The notes under the pieces are model-generated. The model was not told the DNA's origin and did not search any database. It saw nothing but the letters and a program-made list of their open reading frames with translations. Source: Alphaproteobacteria bacterium (GTDB taxonomy: Bacteria > Pseudomonadota > Alphaproteobacteria > JAAXGF01). Taken from it: 50,716 nucleotides of DNA. The position numbers and the translations under genes are program-made. The DNA is taken from NCBI GenBank assembly GCA_046758065.1, contig JBHHZM010000003.1:1-50716 (forward strand), read 5' to 3'. How positions within the stretch are numbered: position 1 is the stretch's first letter; each line of letters begins with the position of its first letter. Shown here piece after piece: positions 28,971 through 38,258 of this stretch.

Positions 28971-29987
28971 ATGAGTGATCTCCTCGCCCGCCTGTTGCGG
29001 GAAAAGCCCTACCTGATCGCCGATGGCGCCATGGGCACCAGCCTGTTCGCGCTTGGCCTCGAGACCGGCGATTCACCGGAGCCGTGGAACGACACGCATC
29101 CCGATCGGGTGGCGGCCGTTCATCAGGGCTTCGTCGATGCCGGCGCCGACATCGTTCTCACCAACAGCTTCGGCGGCAGTCGCCACCGGCTCAAGCTGCA
29201 CCGGGCCGAGGACCGCGTCGGCGAGCTCAACGAGACCGCCGCGCGCATCGCCTGCGAGGTCGCCCGGACGGCCGGGCGCGATATCGTCGTGGCCGGCGAC
29301 ATCGGTCCGACGGGCGAGCTGTTCGAGCCACTCGGTCCGCTGACCCGGAGCGAAGGGGAAGATGCCTTCGGCGAGCAGGCGCGGGCACTCGCCGCCGGCG
29401 GCGCCGACGTCATCTGGATCGAGACCATGTCGTCGCCCGAGGAGCTGGCGGCCGCCGTCGCCGGGGCGGCGCCGACCGGACTGCCGATCGTCTGCACCAT
29501 GACGTTCGACACCGCCGGCCGCACCATGATGGGCGTGACGCCCGAGGAGGCGGCGGCGTTCTGCCGGGGCCTCGACCCCGCGCCGATCGCCTACGGGGCC
29601 AACTGCGGCAACGGTCCGGCGGAGCTGGTCAACGCCGTGGTCGGGCTGGGGCGCGCCGCGGGGCCGGACGACGTTCTGGTCGCCAAGGGCAACTGCGGCA
29701 TTCCCGACTACGTCGACGGTGCGATCCGCTACTCGGGAACTCCGGAGATCATGGCCCGTTACGCCCACATGGCGCGCGATGCCGGCGCCCGCATCATCGG
29801 GGCGTGCTGCGGTTCAACGCCCGAGCACCTTGGCGCGATGGTCGCGGCGCTCGAGGACTATAAGCCGGAACCGGCGCCCGGGGTCGGCGAGATCGAGGCG
29901 AACCTCGGTCCGTTGGCGTCCCCGGCCGCGCGCAGGGGCGGCGGCCGCGCCGCGCCGCAGCATCGACGGAGACGGCGGGGACGCTGA
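28971..29987 (+). CDS. bmt: Betaine-homocysteine S-methyltransferase (stand-alone homocysteine-binding domain)
   Basis: ADGAMGT, AGADIVLTNSFG, WIETMS, GANCG, IIGACCGSTPEH zinc ligands. Confidence 0.85.
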   Translation: MSDLLARLLREKPYLIADGAMGTSLFALGLETGDSPEPWNDTHPDRVAAVHQGFVDAGADIVLTNSFGGSRHRLKLHRAEDRVGELNETAARIACEVARTAGRDIVVAGDIGPTGELFEPLGPLTRSEGEDAFGEQARALAAGGADVIWIETMSSPEELAAAVAGAAPTGLPIVCTMTFDTAGRTMMGVTPEEAAAFCRGLDPAPIAYGANCGNGPAELVNAVVGLGRAAGPDDVLVAKGNCGIPDYVDGAIRYSGTPEIMARYAHMARDAGARIIGACCGSTPEHLGAMVAALEDYKPEPAPGVGEIEANLGPLASPAARRGGGRAAPQHRRRRRGR

Positions 29988-30062
29988 ACCTGCCGCGCTT
30001 GCATGGCGATGCACGGGCGCTTGGGGGAACCGTCCCGGTTGGCCGGCGGGTCTTAGCGGGTC

Positions 30063-30413
30063 TTAGACAGGGCGCCCCCGAACGCGGTCGAGGAGCGTCT
30101 TCAGGTCGATCGGCACGATGGCGACCTGGTCGAGGGCCGACTGGATCCGCTCATCGGTGAACGTCCATTCGTCGCCATCGAGTTCGGCGATGACAGTTTC
30201 AGTGAAGACCTGGAACAGGTTGAGCGCCTGCGGATCGTCGCTCAGATGATCGGCGAGAATGGCGAGCGCAAGCTGCCGCGGTCCGGTGCCGTCGTAGCCC
30301 CATTCGAAGCCGGCGTCGGAATACCGCTTGAGGTCGAGGCGCGGGTCGAGCGGCGCCCCGTCGACGGTAACCACGCAACCGCCCGGCGTACGGACGCCCT
30401 TGTAGACTTTCAT
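30063..30413 (-). CDS. DUF6166-like protein
   Basis: YKGVR..VTVDG.PLDPRLDL...GFEWGY.GTGPRQLALAILAD. Confidence 0.7.
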   Translation of the reverse strand: MKVYKGVRTPGGCVVTVDGAPLDPRLDLKRYSDAGFEWGYDGTGPRQLALAILADHLSDDPQALNLFQVFTETVIAELDGDEWTFTDERIQSALDQVAIVPIDLKTLLDRVRGRPV

Positions 30414-30484
30414 CGCGCGCTTCCTTTCGAATTGAGGTGCGGCTTCGGGGGCCGCGCGGTCGCCTGCCAGAACGCCCGGGGCCG

Positions 30485-30500
30485 GTTAAGATTCGGTTAA
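30485..30500. promoter_or_regulatory. Consensus CtrA-binding site containing a GANTC site
   Basis: Minus strand TTAA-CCGAATC-TTAAC, an exact TTAA-N7-TTAAC, between divergent genes. Confidence 0.75.
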
Positions 30501-30589
30501 GGGGTTGCAGCGCACACTGAGCATGCGTGACTCCCGCGCCGGTACGCCCGTATCGGAGTGACGACGCGCAGGCAAGCCGGAAAACCGCC

Positions 30590-31747
30590 ATGGCCCATCT
30601 GACCAAGGACGACGTTACCCAGCTTCTCGACGAGCCCTCGCTGGAGGTGAGAGCCGAGACCGCCGCCAAGGTCGCTGCCGTGTTCAACAGCGATCGGCTC
30701 GACCCCGCGGCGCGTACCGTCGCCGAGGAAATTTTCCGGCTGATGGTGCGTGACGTGGAGGTGCGCGTTCGCCAAGCGTTGTCTGAGAGCCTCAAGGACA
30801 GCGAGATAGTCCCCCATGACGTCGCGCTGTCGCTTGCCAAGGACGTGATCGAGGTCGCCGAGCCGATCCTGACGACCTCGCAGGTATTGACCGACGCCGA
30901 CCTGATCGACATCGTGCGGACGCGTCCGACGGAAAGCCGCGTCGCCGTTGCCAAGCGCGCCGACGTCTCGCCGGAAGTGTCCGACGCGCTCGTCGAAACC
31001 CGCGACGAGGAAGCCGTTGCCACGCTCGTCGAGAATCCCGGCGCCCGGGTTGCCGAGAAGACGTTCACCAATATCCTCGATATCTTCCCGGACAGCGACA
31101 AGATCAAGCACAACATGGTCCACAGGCCGGTGCTGCCGGTCGCGACGGCCGAGCGTCTCGTGACCATGGTGTCGGATCGACTGCGCGATCGCCTGATCAC
31201 CCATCACGAGATGTCGCCCGACGTCGCGGCGGACCTCATCCTCGACAGTCGCGAGAAGGCGACGCTCGGGCTTCTCACTTCGGCGACGGATCGCGGCGAC
31301 GTCGACGAACTCGTCCGGCAACTGCACGCCAACGGGCGCCTGACGCCGTCGATCATATTGCGCGCCTTGTGCACGGGCGATCTGCTGTTCTTCGAATCGG
31401 CGATGGCGCGCCGCGCCGGGGTTCCGGTGTCGAACGCGCACCTCCTGATCTACGACCGCGGGCAGCTGGGGCTCAAGGAGATCTATCGCAAGGCGGGATT
31501 GCCGCGGAAAATGTTTCCGGCGATCAAGGCCGCCGTCGCCATCGCCTTCGAGATGGATTACGACGGCGGTCCGCGCGATCGCGAACGTTTCCGTTCACGC
31601 ATGATCGAGCGCTTTCTCACCCGGTTCGACGCCGAGTTCAACGATCTCGATCCGGACAACATCGAATATCTCCTGACCAAGATCGGCCACAGCCTGTGTC
31701 CCCACGACGCCGTCTCCGGAAGCGGCGTCTCGCAGCGCGCGAACTGA
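30590..31747 (+). CDS. DUF2336-domain protein
   Basis: RDVEVRVRQALSE, LAKDVIEVAEPILTTSQVLTDADL, LVENPGA, GRLTPSIILRALC.G. Confidence 0.88.
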   Translation: MAHLTKDDVTQLLDEPSLEVRAETAAKVAAVFNSDRLDPAARTVAEEIFRLMVRDVEVRVRQALSESLKDSEIVPHDVALSLAKDVIEVAEPILTTSQVLTDADLIDIVRTRPTESRVAVAKRADVSPEVSDALVETRDEEAVATLVENPGARVAEKTFTNILDIFPDSDKIKHNMVHRPVLPVATAERLVTMVSDRLRDRLITHHEMSPDVAADLILDSREKATLGLLTSATDRGDVDELVRQLHANGRLTPSIILRALCTGDLLFFESAMARRAGVPVSNAHLLIYDRGQLGLKEIYRKAGLPRKMFPAIKAAVAIAFEMDYDGGPRDRERFRSRMIERFLTRFDAEFNDLDPDNIEYLLTKIGHSLCPHDAVSGSGVSQRAN

Positions 31748-31877
31748 GGCCATCCCGTCTATTTCCCGCCACCGGCGCGCGTGCCGGCAAGAAGCCGTCG
31801 CGCCCGCGTTTCCGGAATTCGTACGCAATTCGCTCGCGCCGCCGCAGGGCGCCGCTGCGGCCCTGTGAGAAATCCGG

Positions 31878-31893
31878 TTTACCGGCCGTTAAC
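31878..31893 (+). promoter_or_regulatory. Putative CtrA-binding site
   Basis: TTTA-CCGGCCG-TTAAC upstream of the kinase gene. Confidence 0.55.
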
Positions 31894-32015
31894 GGTGCCC
31901 GGGGCAGGCTGCCGGATGGTGCGCCCGGGGTGCCGGGGCGCGTTCCGTGCCCAGGTGGCGAGGAAGTGGAAAGACGCGTCGCATACCCAAGCCGATCGAG
32001 TCCCGGGGCCGCACG

Positions 32016-35000
32016 ATGACGATCGCCGGTCTTCGCGGCAGGGACTTCCGTCTCTTCGGGTTGCTTGGGTTGATCTGCCTGGGAAGTATCGCTTCGGCGA
32101 TGATCTGGGTCTCGACGGCGAGCAGATCGCTGCTGCGCGACGAAGCGACCAGCCGGGCGGTCGGCTGGGCTGCCTTCGTCGAACGCAACCTCAACGATCT
32201 CGATCGTGCGCTGGCGACGGGGGAAATCTCGGCCGGGGATCGGGAAGCCCTGCGGCACGCCGCCGACGGCGGGAATGTCTACCGTTACAACATCTTCGAT
32301 TCCGCCGGGCGCATCGTCCAGTCTTCGGACCGGGAAGAGATCGGCAAGACCGAGGGCAACCGGTATTTCACCGAACGGGTCGCTGCGGGCGAGACATACG
32401 TTACGTTGAAGGACGGCGCCGTCTCACCGGACCCGGCCATCTACGCCGAAGCCTACGTGCCGATCATGGCCGGCGGCCGCTTCAAGGGCGCGGTCGAGGT
32501 CTACGTCGACGTCAGCGCCGTCGCCGCGCGCTACCACCGCACCTTCAGAATGATCCTGGCCGTTCTTGTCAGCATGATGCTGATGACCGCCATACTCGCG
32601 GGGATCATGATCCGGCGCAATCTCGTGGCGCGCGACAAGGACATGGTCCGCCTCCACGAGGCGCAGGCTGCCGCGACAAGCGCGCGCCAGCGACTCGAGG
32701 ACGCAATCGAGGCCGTTGCCGACGCCTTTGCGCTTTACGACGCCGCCGACCGGCTGGTCATGTGCAATGCAAGGTTCTACGATTTCTTCCCGGTAGATCG
32801 TAAGCTTTTCGAACCCGGCGTCTCTTTCGAAGACTCCATTCGCGGACTGGTCGCAACCGGCTACATCCCGGAAGCCTCGGCCGGGGGCGAAGCCTGGATA
32901 CAGACACGCCTGGAGCGGCACCGCGAGCCACAGGGTCCGTTGGAGCGCGAAACCGCCGACGGCCGCTGGGTCCATACCAGCGAGCACAGAACCCGCGATG
33001 GCGGCTGCGTCGTCATCTGCAACGATATCACCGAGCGCAAGTGGGGCGAACGCGAACGCGCGACGCGGACGCGTCAACAGGCGGCGGCGGCGGAACTGGG
33101 TCATTTCGCGCTCGGTGGCGTCGCCCTTGACGATCTGCTTGCCTACGCAGTCGCCCTCGTCGCCGAAACCCTCGACGTCGACTACTGCAAGGTGCTCGAA
33201 CTGTTGCCCGGCAACGACCGCCTCCTGCTGCGCGCCGGGATAGGCTGGCGTGACGGACTCGTCGGCAGCGCCACGGTTGGGACCCGCACGGATTCACAGG
33301 CCGGCGTCACTCTGAGTTGTGAAAAGCCCGTGGTCGTCGAAGACATGACGCGCGAGACGCGATTCAAGGGCTCCCCGCTGCTTCATGACCACGGCGTGAT
33401 AAGCGGCGCGAGCGTCACCATCCATGGCGAGGACCGACCCTTCGGCGTCCTCGGCGCCCACGCGACGCGACGTCGCGGGTTTTCCGGCGACGACGTGAAC
33501 TTCCTGCGCGCGGTCGCCAACGTGCTGGCGATCGCCATCAGGCGCAAGCGGGCGGAGGACGCCGAGCGCGAGAGCCGGCAGACCCTGCGCGCGGTGATCG
33601 ACTCCTTGCCCGCGCTGATCAACGCCAAGGACGTGAATAGCCGCTACGTCTTCATGAACGGCTATCAGGCGACGCTTTACGGCGTCACCCCGGAGGACGC
33701 CGTCGGCAAGTCGGCGAGCGAGATTCTCGGGACCGAGTACGGCGCTTATACCGAGAAGCTCGACAGGCGGGTTGTCGACAACGCGGAAGCCATACCGTAC
33801 TTCGAGGAGACCTATGCCGACGGCTCGGGCGTTTTCCACACCTGGCTGACGACCAAGGTCCCGCTATGCGATCCGGACGGAACCGTGACTAACGTCGTCA
33901 ACATCTCGCTTGACATTTCCGAGCGCAAGCAGGCCGAGGAAGCGCTGCGCGCCGGCGAAGCGCAGCTCAAGGCGATCGCCGACAATTCGCCCGCGGTGAT
34001 CGCACTCACCGATGTCGAAGGTCGCTACCTTATGGTCAACAAGAGGTTCGAGGAGCTGCACGACCTTACGAACGAGGAGGTCGGGGGCAAGACGGCATAC
34101 GACGTTTTCCCCGATGGGGTCGCCGGATCGCTCGCCGCCGGCGCCGTCGAGGTGCTCAAGACCGCCGGATTGGCCGAGCGAGAAGTCGAGGTCGAAACGT
34201 CGACGGGCCGGCGCACTTTCATGGTAGTCCACTTCCCCGTCATTCCGACAACGGAGGCAAAGGATGTTCCCATCGCCGTCGGACTGATCGCTACCGACAT
34301 CACCGAGCGCAAGCGCGCCGAAGAGGATCTGCGCACCGCGAAGGAGCAGGCCGAACTCGCCAACCGCGCCAAGTCCGAGTTCCTCGCCAACATGAGCCAC
34401 GAACTGCGTACGCCCTTGAACGCCGTCATCGGCTTTTCCGAAATGATCCAGAGCGAAGTGTTCGGCGCTCTCGGCAACGCCAAGTATCTTGAGTACGCCC
34501 ACGACATCAACGAATCAGGCGCGCATCTCCTGGCGCTCATCAACGACATTCTCGATCTTTCGAAGATCGAGGCCGGCAAACTCGATCTCAACGAAGAGGA
34601 AGTCGACGTCTCCCGCGCCATCGGCGCCTGCCTGACGCTGATCAAGGAGCGCGCCGACGGCGGCAACGTCGAGATCAGGCGGCGGGTGCCGGAGGGCCTG
34701 CCCGCGCTCCGCGCCGACGAGCGCAAGCTCAAGCAGATCCTCCTCAACCTGCTCAGCAATGCGGTCAAGTTCACACCGCCGGGCGGTCGGATCACGGTGA
34801 GCGCGGCGACGGGTCCGCGACGGGGCTTCGTGCTTAGGATCGCCGATACCGGCATCGGCATCGCGGCCGACGACATACCCAAGGTGCTGGCGCCGTTCGG
34901 TCAGGTCGACGGCGCCCTCGACCGCAAATACGAAGGCACGGGACTCGGCCTGCCGCTCAGCAAGGCGCTTACCGAGCTGCACGGCGGCGACTTCGAGATC

Positions 35001-35084
35001 GAAAGCGAGCCGGGACAAGGCACCGTCGTAACCGTTCGGTTCCCGCCCGAGCGCATCTTGGATTCGTCGGTCAACGCCGCCTGA
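32016..35084 (+). CDS. Membrane PAS/GAF sensor histidine kinase (PleC/DivJ-like H-box)
   Basis: Two TMs, PAS, GAF, two more PAS (DITERK/DISERK), EFLANMSHELRTPLNAVIGFSE, HATPase; start approximate. Confidence 0.92.
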   Translation: MTIAGLRGRDFRLFGLLGLICLGSIASAMIWVSTASRSLLRDEATSRAVGWAAFVERNLNDLDRALATGEISAGDREALRHAADGGNVYRYNIFDSAGRIVQSSDREEIGKTEGNRYFTERVAAGETYVTLKDGAVSPDPAIYAEAYVPIMAGGRFKGAVEVYVDVSAVAARYHRTFRMILAVLVSMMLMTAILAGIMIRRNLVARDKDMVRLHEAQAAATSARQRLEDAIEAVADAFALYDAADRLVMCNARFYDFFPVDRKLFEPGVSFEDSIRGLVATGYIPEASAGGEAWIQTRLERHREPQGPLERETADGRWVHTSEHRTRDGGCVVICNDITERKWGERERATRTRQQAAAAELGHFALGGVALDDLLAYAVALVAETLDVDYCKVLELLPGNDRLLLRAGIGWRDGLVGSATVGTRTDSQAGVTLSCEKPVVVEDMTRETRFKGSPLLHDHGVISGASVTIHGEDRPFGVLGAHATRRRGFSGDDVNFLRAVANVLAIAIRRKRAEDAERESRQTLRAVIDSLPALINAKDVNSRYVFMNGYQATLYGVTPEDAVGKSASEILGTEYGAYTEKLDRRVVDNAEAIPYFEETYADGSGVFHTWLTTKVPLCDPDGTVTNVVNISLDISERKQAEEALRAGEAQLKAIADNSPAVIALTDVEGRYLMVNKRFEELHDLTNEEVGGKTAYDVFPDGVAGSLAAGAVEVLKTAGLAEREVEVETSTGRRTFMVVHFPVIPTTEAKDVPIAVGLIATDITERKRAEEDLRTAKEQAELANRAKSEFLANMSHELRTPLNAVIGFSEMIQSEVFGALGNAKYLEYAHDINESGAHLLALINDILDLSKIEAGKLDLNEEEVDVSRAIGACLTLIKERADGGNVEIRRRVPEGLPALRADERKLKQILLNLLSNAVKFTPPGGRITVSAATGPRRGFVLRIADTGIGIAADDIPKVLAPFGQVDGALDRKYEGTGLGLPLSKALTELHGGDFEIESEPGQGTVVTVRFPPERILDSSVNAA

Positions 35085-36000
35085 GCGCACCGGGCTTGCG
35101 GCGTCGCGAGCGGCGCCGTGCGATCATCAGCGTGTGCCAGCCGTCGATCGCCCAGCGGCGAATGAGAACCAGGCCGCGGGCGCGATGGGCGGCGAGCACG
35201 GCGTGTTCCTGACGGTCGAGCAACCCGGCCAGCACCGCGACGCCACCCGGAGCGAGACGGCGAGCGAGCGCCGGCGCCATCCGGATCAGCGGCCCGGCGA
35301 GAATGTTAGCGAGGACGAGGTCGTACGGTCTGGCCCGGCGCAGTGCGATATTCCGATAGCCGTTACTCACCACCACGCACACCAGCGAGGCAACCCGATT
35401 GACCCGCGCGTTTTCACGCGCCGTGCGCACCGCGCGCGCATCGAGATCGGCCGCGAGCACCGTGGCCCGCCAGGTCTTCGCCGCGGCGACGGCGAGGATG
35501 CCGGAGCCGCAGCCCATATCGAGCACGCGCCGCCGTCTGGGTCCGCGGGCGAGCGCGTCGAGCGCGAGAAGGCAACCGCGCGTGGTCGGATGCTCGCCCG
35601 AACCGAACGCCGCGCCGGCGTCGATGATCAGATCGATCGCGTCATCCGCCGCAGCGGGGAGATGGCTGCCGTGGAGATAGTACCGCCCGGCGCGGATCGG
35701 CGGAAAGGCGTTGCGCGTCGCCGCCAGCCAGTCGGTCTCGGGCAGGCGATCGACGACCAGCTCCGGCGCCGCAACGCCGAGGGCCGCAGCGACGACCGCG
35801 AGCCGCGTCTCGAGCGCCGGCCGGTCGGGCCTTGCGGAACTCAGTGCTTCGATCCGCCATGCCCCGCCGGGCATCGCCTCGAACGCCGAGACGGCGGTGC
35901 CTTCGGTCTCGAACGCGGCCTCGAACGCGACGGCGTGCCCGTCCGCGACTTCGACCGCGACGCGCCAGACCGGAGCCGCCGCCTCACGCCGGCCGGACAA
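35071..36000 (-). CDS. prmA: 50S ribosomal protein L11 methyltransferase
   Basis: AFGSGEHPTT, VLDMGCGSGILA, YDLVLANILA; TTG start at 36000 inferred. Confidence 0.88.
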   Translation of the reverse strand: MSGRREAAAPVWRVAVEVADGHAVAFEAAFETEGTAVSAFEAMPGGAWRIEALSSARPDRPALETRLAVVAAALGVAAPELVVDRLPETDWLAATRNAFPPIRAGRYYLHGSHLPAAADDAIDLIIDAGAAFGSGEHPTTRGCLLALDALARGPRRRRVLDMGCGSGILAVAAAKTWRATVLAADLDARAVRTARENARVNRVASLVCVVVSNGYRNIALRRARPYDLVLANILAGPLIRMAPALARRLAPGGVAVLAGLLDRQEHAVLAAHRARGLVLIRRWAIDGWHTLMIARRRSRRRKPGALRRR

Positions 36001-38203
36001 AGCTGTCGATGACCCTTTTGCCGCCGGCCTTGTCGAAGGCGATGTCGAGCTTGTTGCCGTCGATCCCGGTGATCCGGCCATAGCCGAACTTCTGATGGAA
36101 GACGCGCGCGCCGACCGCGAAGGTGTCGGGGGCATGCTCGACTGCCTCGTACGACGCCGCCTCCGCGCCGAAAGCGCGGCTCCGGCGATCACGCCGCCGG
36201 GTTTCGCGCCTGACGCCCGGACTCTCATAAACGCCCGGCGTCGAAAAACGCGTGACATGCTCGTCGGGCAGCTCGTCGACGAAGCGCGACGGCAGACTCG
36301 CCTGCCACTGGTTGTAGACGCGTCGGTTGGCGGCGAACAGCACGCAGGCGCGAAGCCGCGCCCGCGTGAGGCCGACATAGGCGAGACGCCGTTCCTCTTC
36401 GAGGCCCTTGGCGCCGTTCTCGTCGAGGGCGAGCTGGTGCGGGAACAGCCCGTCCTCCCAGCCCGGCAGGAAGACGGTGTCGAATTCGAGGCCCTTGGCG
36501 CCGTGCAGCGTCATGATGTTGACCACCTCGTCGGCGGCGGAATCGTCGGCGTCCATCACCAGGCTGACGTGTTCGAGAAAACCCTCGATGTTCTCGAACT
36601 CGGCGAGCGCGCGGATCAGCTCCTTGAGGTTTTCGAGCCGGCCCGGGGCGGTCGGCGAGCGGTCGTTCTGCCACATCGCGGTATAGCCCGCCTCGTCGAG
36701 CATGATCTCGACCACTTCGGGATGCGGCAGCACGCCGAGAAGGCCGCGCCAGCGGTCGAAGCCGGCAATCAGATCGGCGAGCGCACGGCGCGCCCGTGGC
36801 TTCAGTTCGTCGGTTTCGACGATTGTCCGTGCCGCCCGGAGCAGCGGAGTCCCCTTCGCCCGAGCAAGGCGACGGATCGCCTGTACGCTGACGTCGCCGA
36901 GGCCGCGCTTCGGCCAGTTGACGATGCGCTCGAAAGCGAGATCGTCTTCCGCCTGGACGGTAACGCGCATGTAGGCGACTGCGTCACGGATCTCCTGACG
37001 CTCGTAGAAACGCAGCCCGCCGATGACCTTGTAAGGGAGGCCGATGGCGACGAAACGCTCCTCGAAGGCGCGGGTCTGGAAACCGGCGCGCACGAGAACG
37101 GCAACCTCGCTGAGCCTGTGACCGCGGCGCTGAAGCGCCTCGATCTCCTCGCCCACGACACGCGCTTCCTCGTCACCGTCCCAGACCCCGCGCACGCCGA
37201 CTTTTTCGCCGCCGCCGGCGTCGGTCCACAGAGTCTTGCCGAGCCGTCCCGCGTTGTGCGCGATCAGGCCGGAGGCCGCGCCGAGGATCGCCTGGGTCGA
37301 GCGGTAGTTGCGTTCGAGGCGGATGATGCCGGCGCCGGGAAAGTCCTTCTCGAAGCGCAGGATGTTGCCCACTTCGGCCCCGCGCCAGCCGTAAATCGAT
37401 TGGTCGTCGTCGCCGACGCAGCAGATGTTCTTGTGCTTTTGGGCGAGCAGACGCAGCCATAGGTACTGGGCGACGTTGCTGTCCTGGTACTCGTCGACCA
37501 GGATGTAGCGGAAGCGCCGCTGCCAGCCTTCGAGCACGTCGGCGTGCGACGTGAACAGGGTGAGGCAGTGTAGCAGGAGATCGCCGAAGTCGGCGGCGTT
37601 GAGCGCCGTGAGACGCTCCTGATAGGCGCGGTAGAGGACGTCCGCGCGGCCGTTGGCGAACTCGCCGCCAGCGGCGCCCGCGATCTTGTCGAGGGTGAGG
37701 CCGCGGTCCTTCCAGCGCGCGATGATGGCGAGCAGGGCGCGCGCCGGCCAGCGTTTCTCGTCGATGTCGTGGGCGCTCATGACCTGGCGCAGGAGCCTGA
37801 GCTGATCGTCGGCGTCGAGGATGGTGAAGTTGGGCTTGAGTCCGACCGCCTCGGCGTGACGGCGCAGGATGCGCGCGGCGACCGAGTGGAAGGTGCCGAA
37901 CCACAGACCTTCGACGCTGCGGCCGATGAGCCGGGCGACCCGATCGATCATCTCGCGCGCCGCCTTGTTGGTGAAAGTGACGGCGAGCACCTGGCCGGGA
38001 AAGGCGCGCCCGGTCAGCAGGAGATGGGCGATCCGCGTCGTCAGCACGCGCGTCTTGCCGGTGCCGGCGCCGGCGAGGACGAGCACCGGACCGTCGAGCG
38101 CCTCGACGGCGGCGCGCTGCGCCTCGTTGAGATCGGCGAGATAATCGGGCACCGGCGCGATCGGTGCCGGCTCCAGGCTCGCGAGATCGAATGGATCGGA
38201 CAT
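35984..38203 (-). CDS. uvrD: ATP-dependent DNA helicase UvrD/PcrA
   Basis: AGAGTGKT, TFTNKAA, VDEYQD, VGDDDQSIY, TLHGAKGLEF, EEERRLAYVGLTRA. Confidence 0.96.
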   Translation of the reverse strand: MSDPFDLASLEPAPIAPVPDYLADLNEAQRAAVEALDGPVLVLAGAGTGKTRVLTTRIAHLLLTGRAFPGQVLAVTFTNKAAREMIDRVARLIGRSVEGLWFGTFHSVAARILRRHAEAVGLKPNFTILDADDQLRLLRQVMSAHDIDEKRWPARALLAIIARWKDRGLTLDKIAGAAGGEFANGRADVLYRAYQERLTALNAADFGDLLLHCLTLFTSHADVLEGWQRRFRYILVDEYQDSNVAQYLWLRLLAQKHKNICCVGDDDQSIYGWRGAEVGNILRFEKDFPGAGIIRLERNYRSTQAILGAASGLIAHNAGRLGKTLWTDAGGGEKVGVRGVWDGDEEARVVGEEIEALQRRGHRLSEVAVLVRAGFQTRAFEERFVAIGLPYKVIGGLRFYERQEIRDAVAYMRVTVQAEDDLAFERIVNWPKRGLGDVSVQAIRRLARAKGTPLLRAARTIVETDELKPRARRALADLIAGFDRWRGLLGVLPHPEVVEIMLDEAGYTAMWQNDRSPTAPGRLENLKELIRALAEFENIEGFLEHVSLVMDADDSAADEVVNIMTLHGAKGLEFDTVFLPGWEDGLFPHQLALDENGAKGLEEERRLAYVGLTRARLRACVLFAANRRVYNQWQASLPSRFVDELPDEHVTRFSTPGVYESPGVRRETRRRDRRSRAFGAEAASYEAVEHAPDTFAVGARVFHQKFGYGRITGIDGNKLDIAFDKAGGKRVIDSFVRPA

Positions 38204-38258
38204 GTTCCGACCTATATAGAGCGGGGTGTGCCGTATTGCACGCCCGTCCGATGCCCGC

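Noticed and set aside
30046-30066. 10-bp tandem duplication GCGGGTCTTA at the DUF6166 stop
   Set aside because: Could be a slippage or excision footprint, but nothing else supports an element
12192-30413. Intact genomic island or prophage downstream of tRNA-Glu
   Set aside because: No integrase, no second att copy, no phage or conjugation genes, and mostly host-like composition
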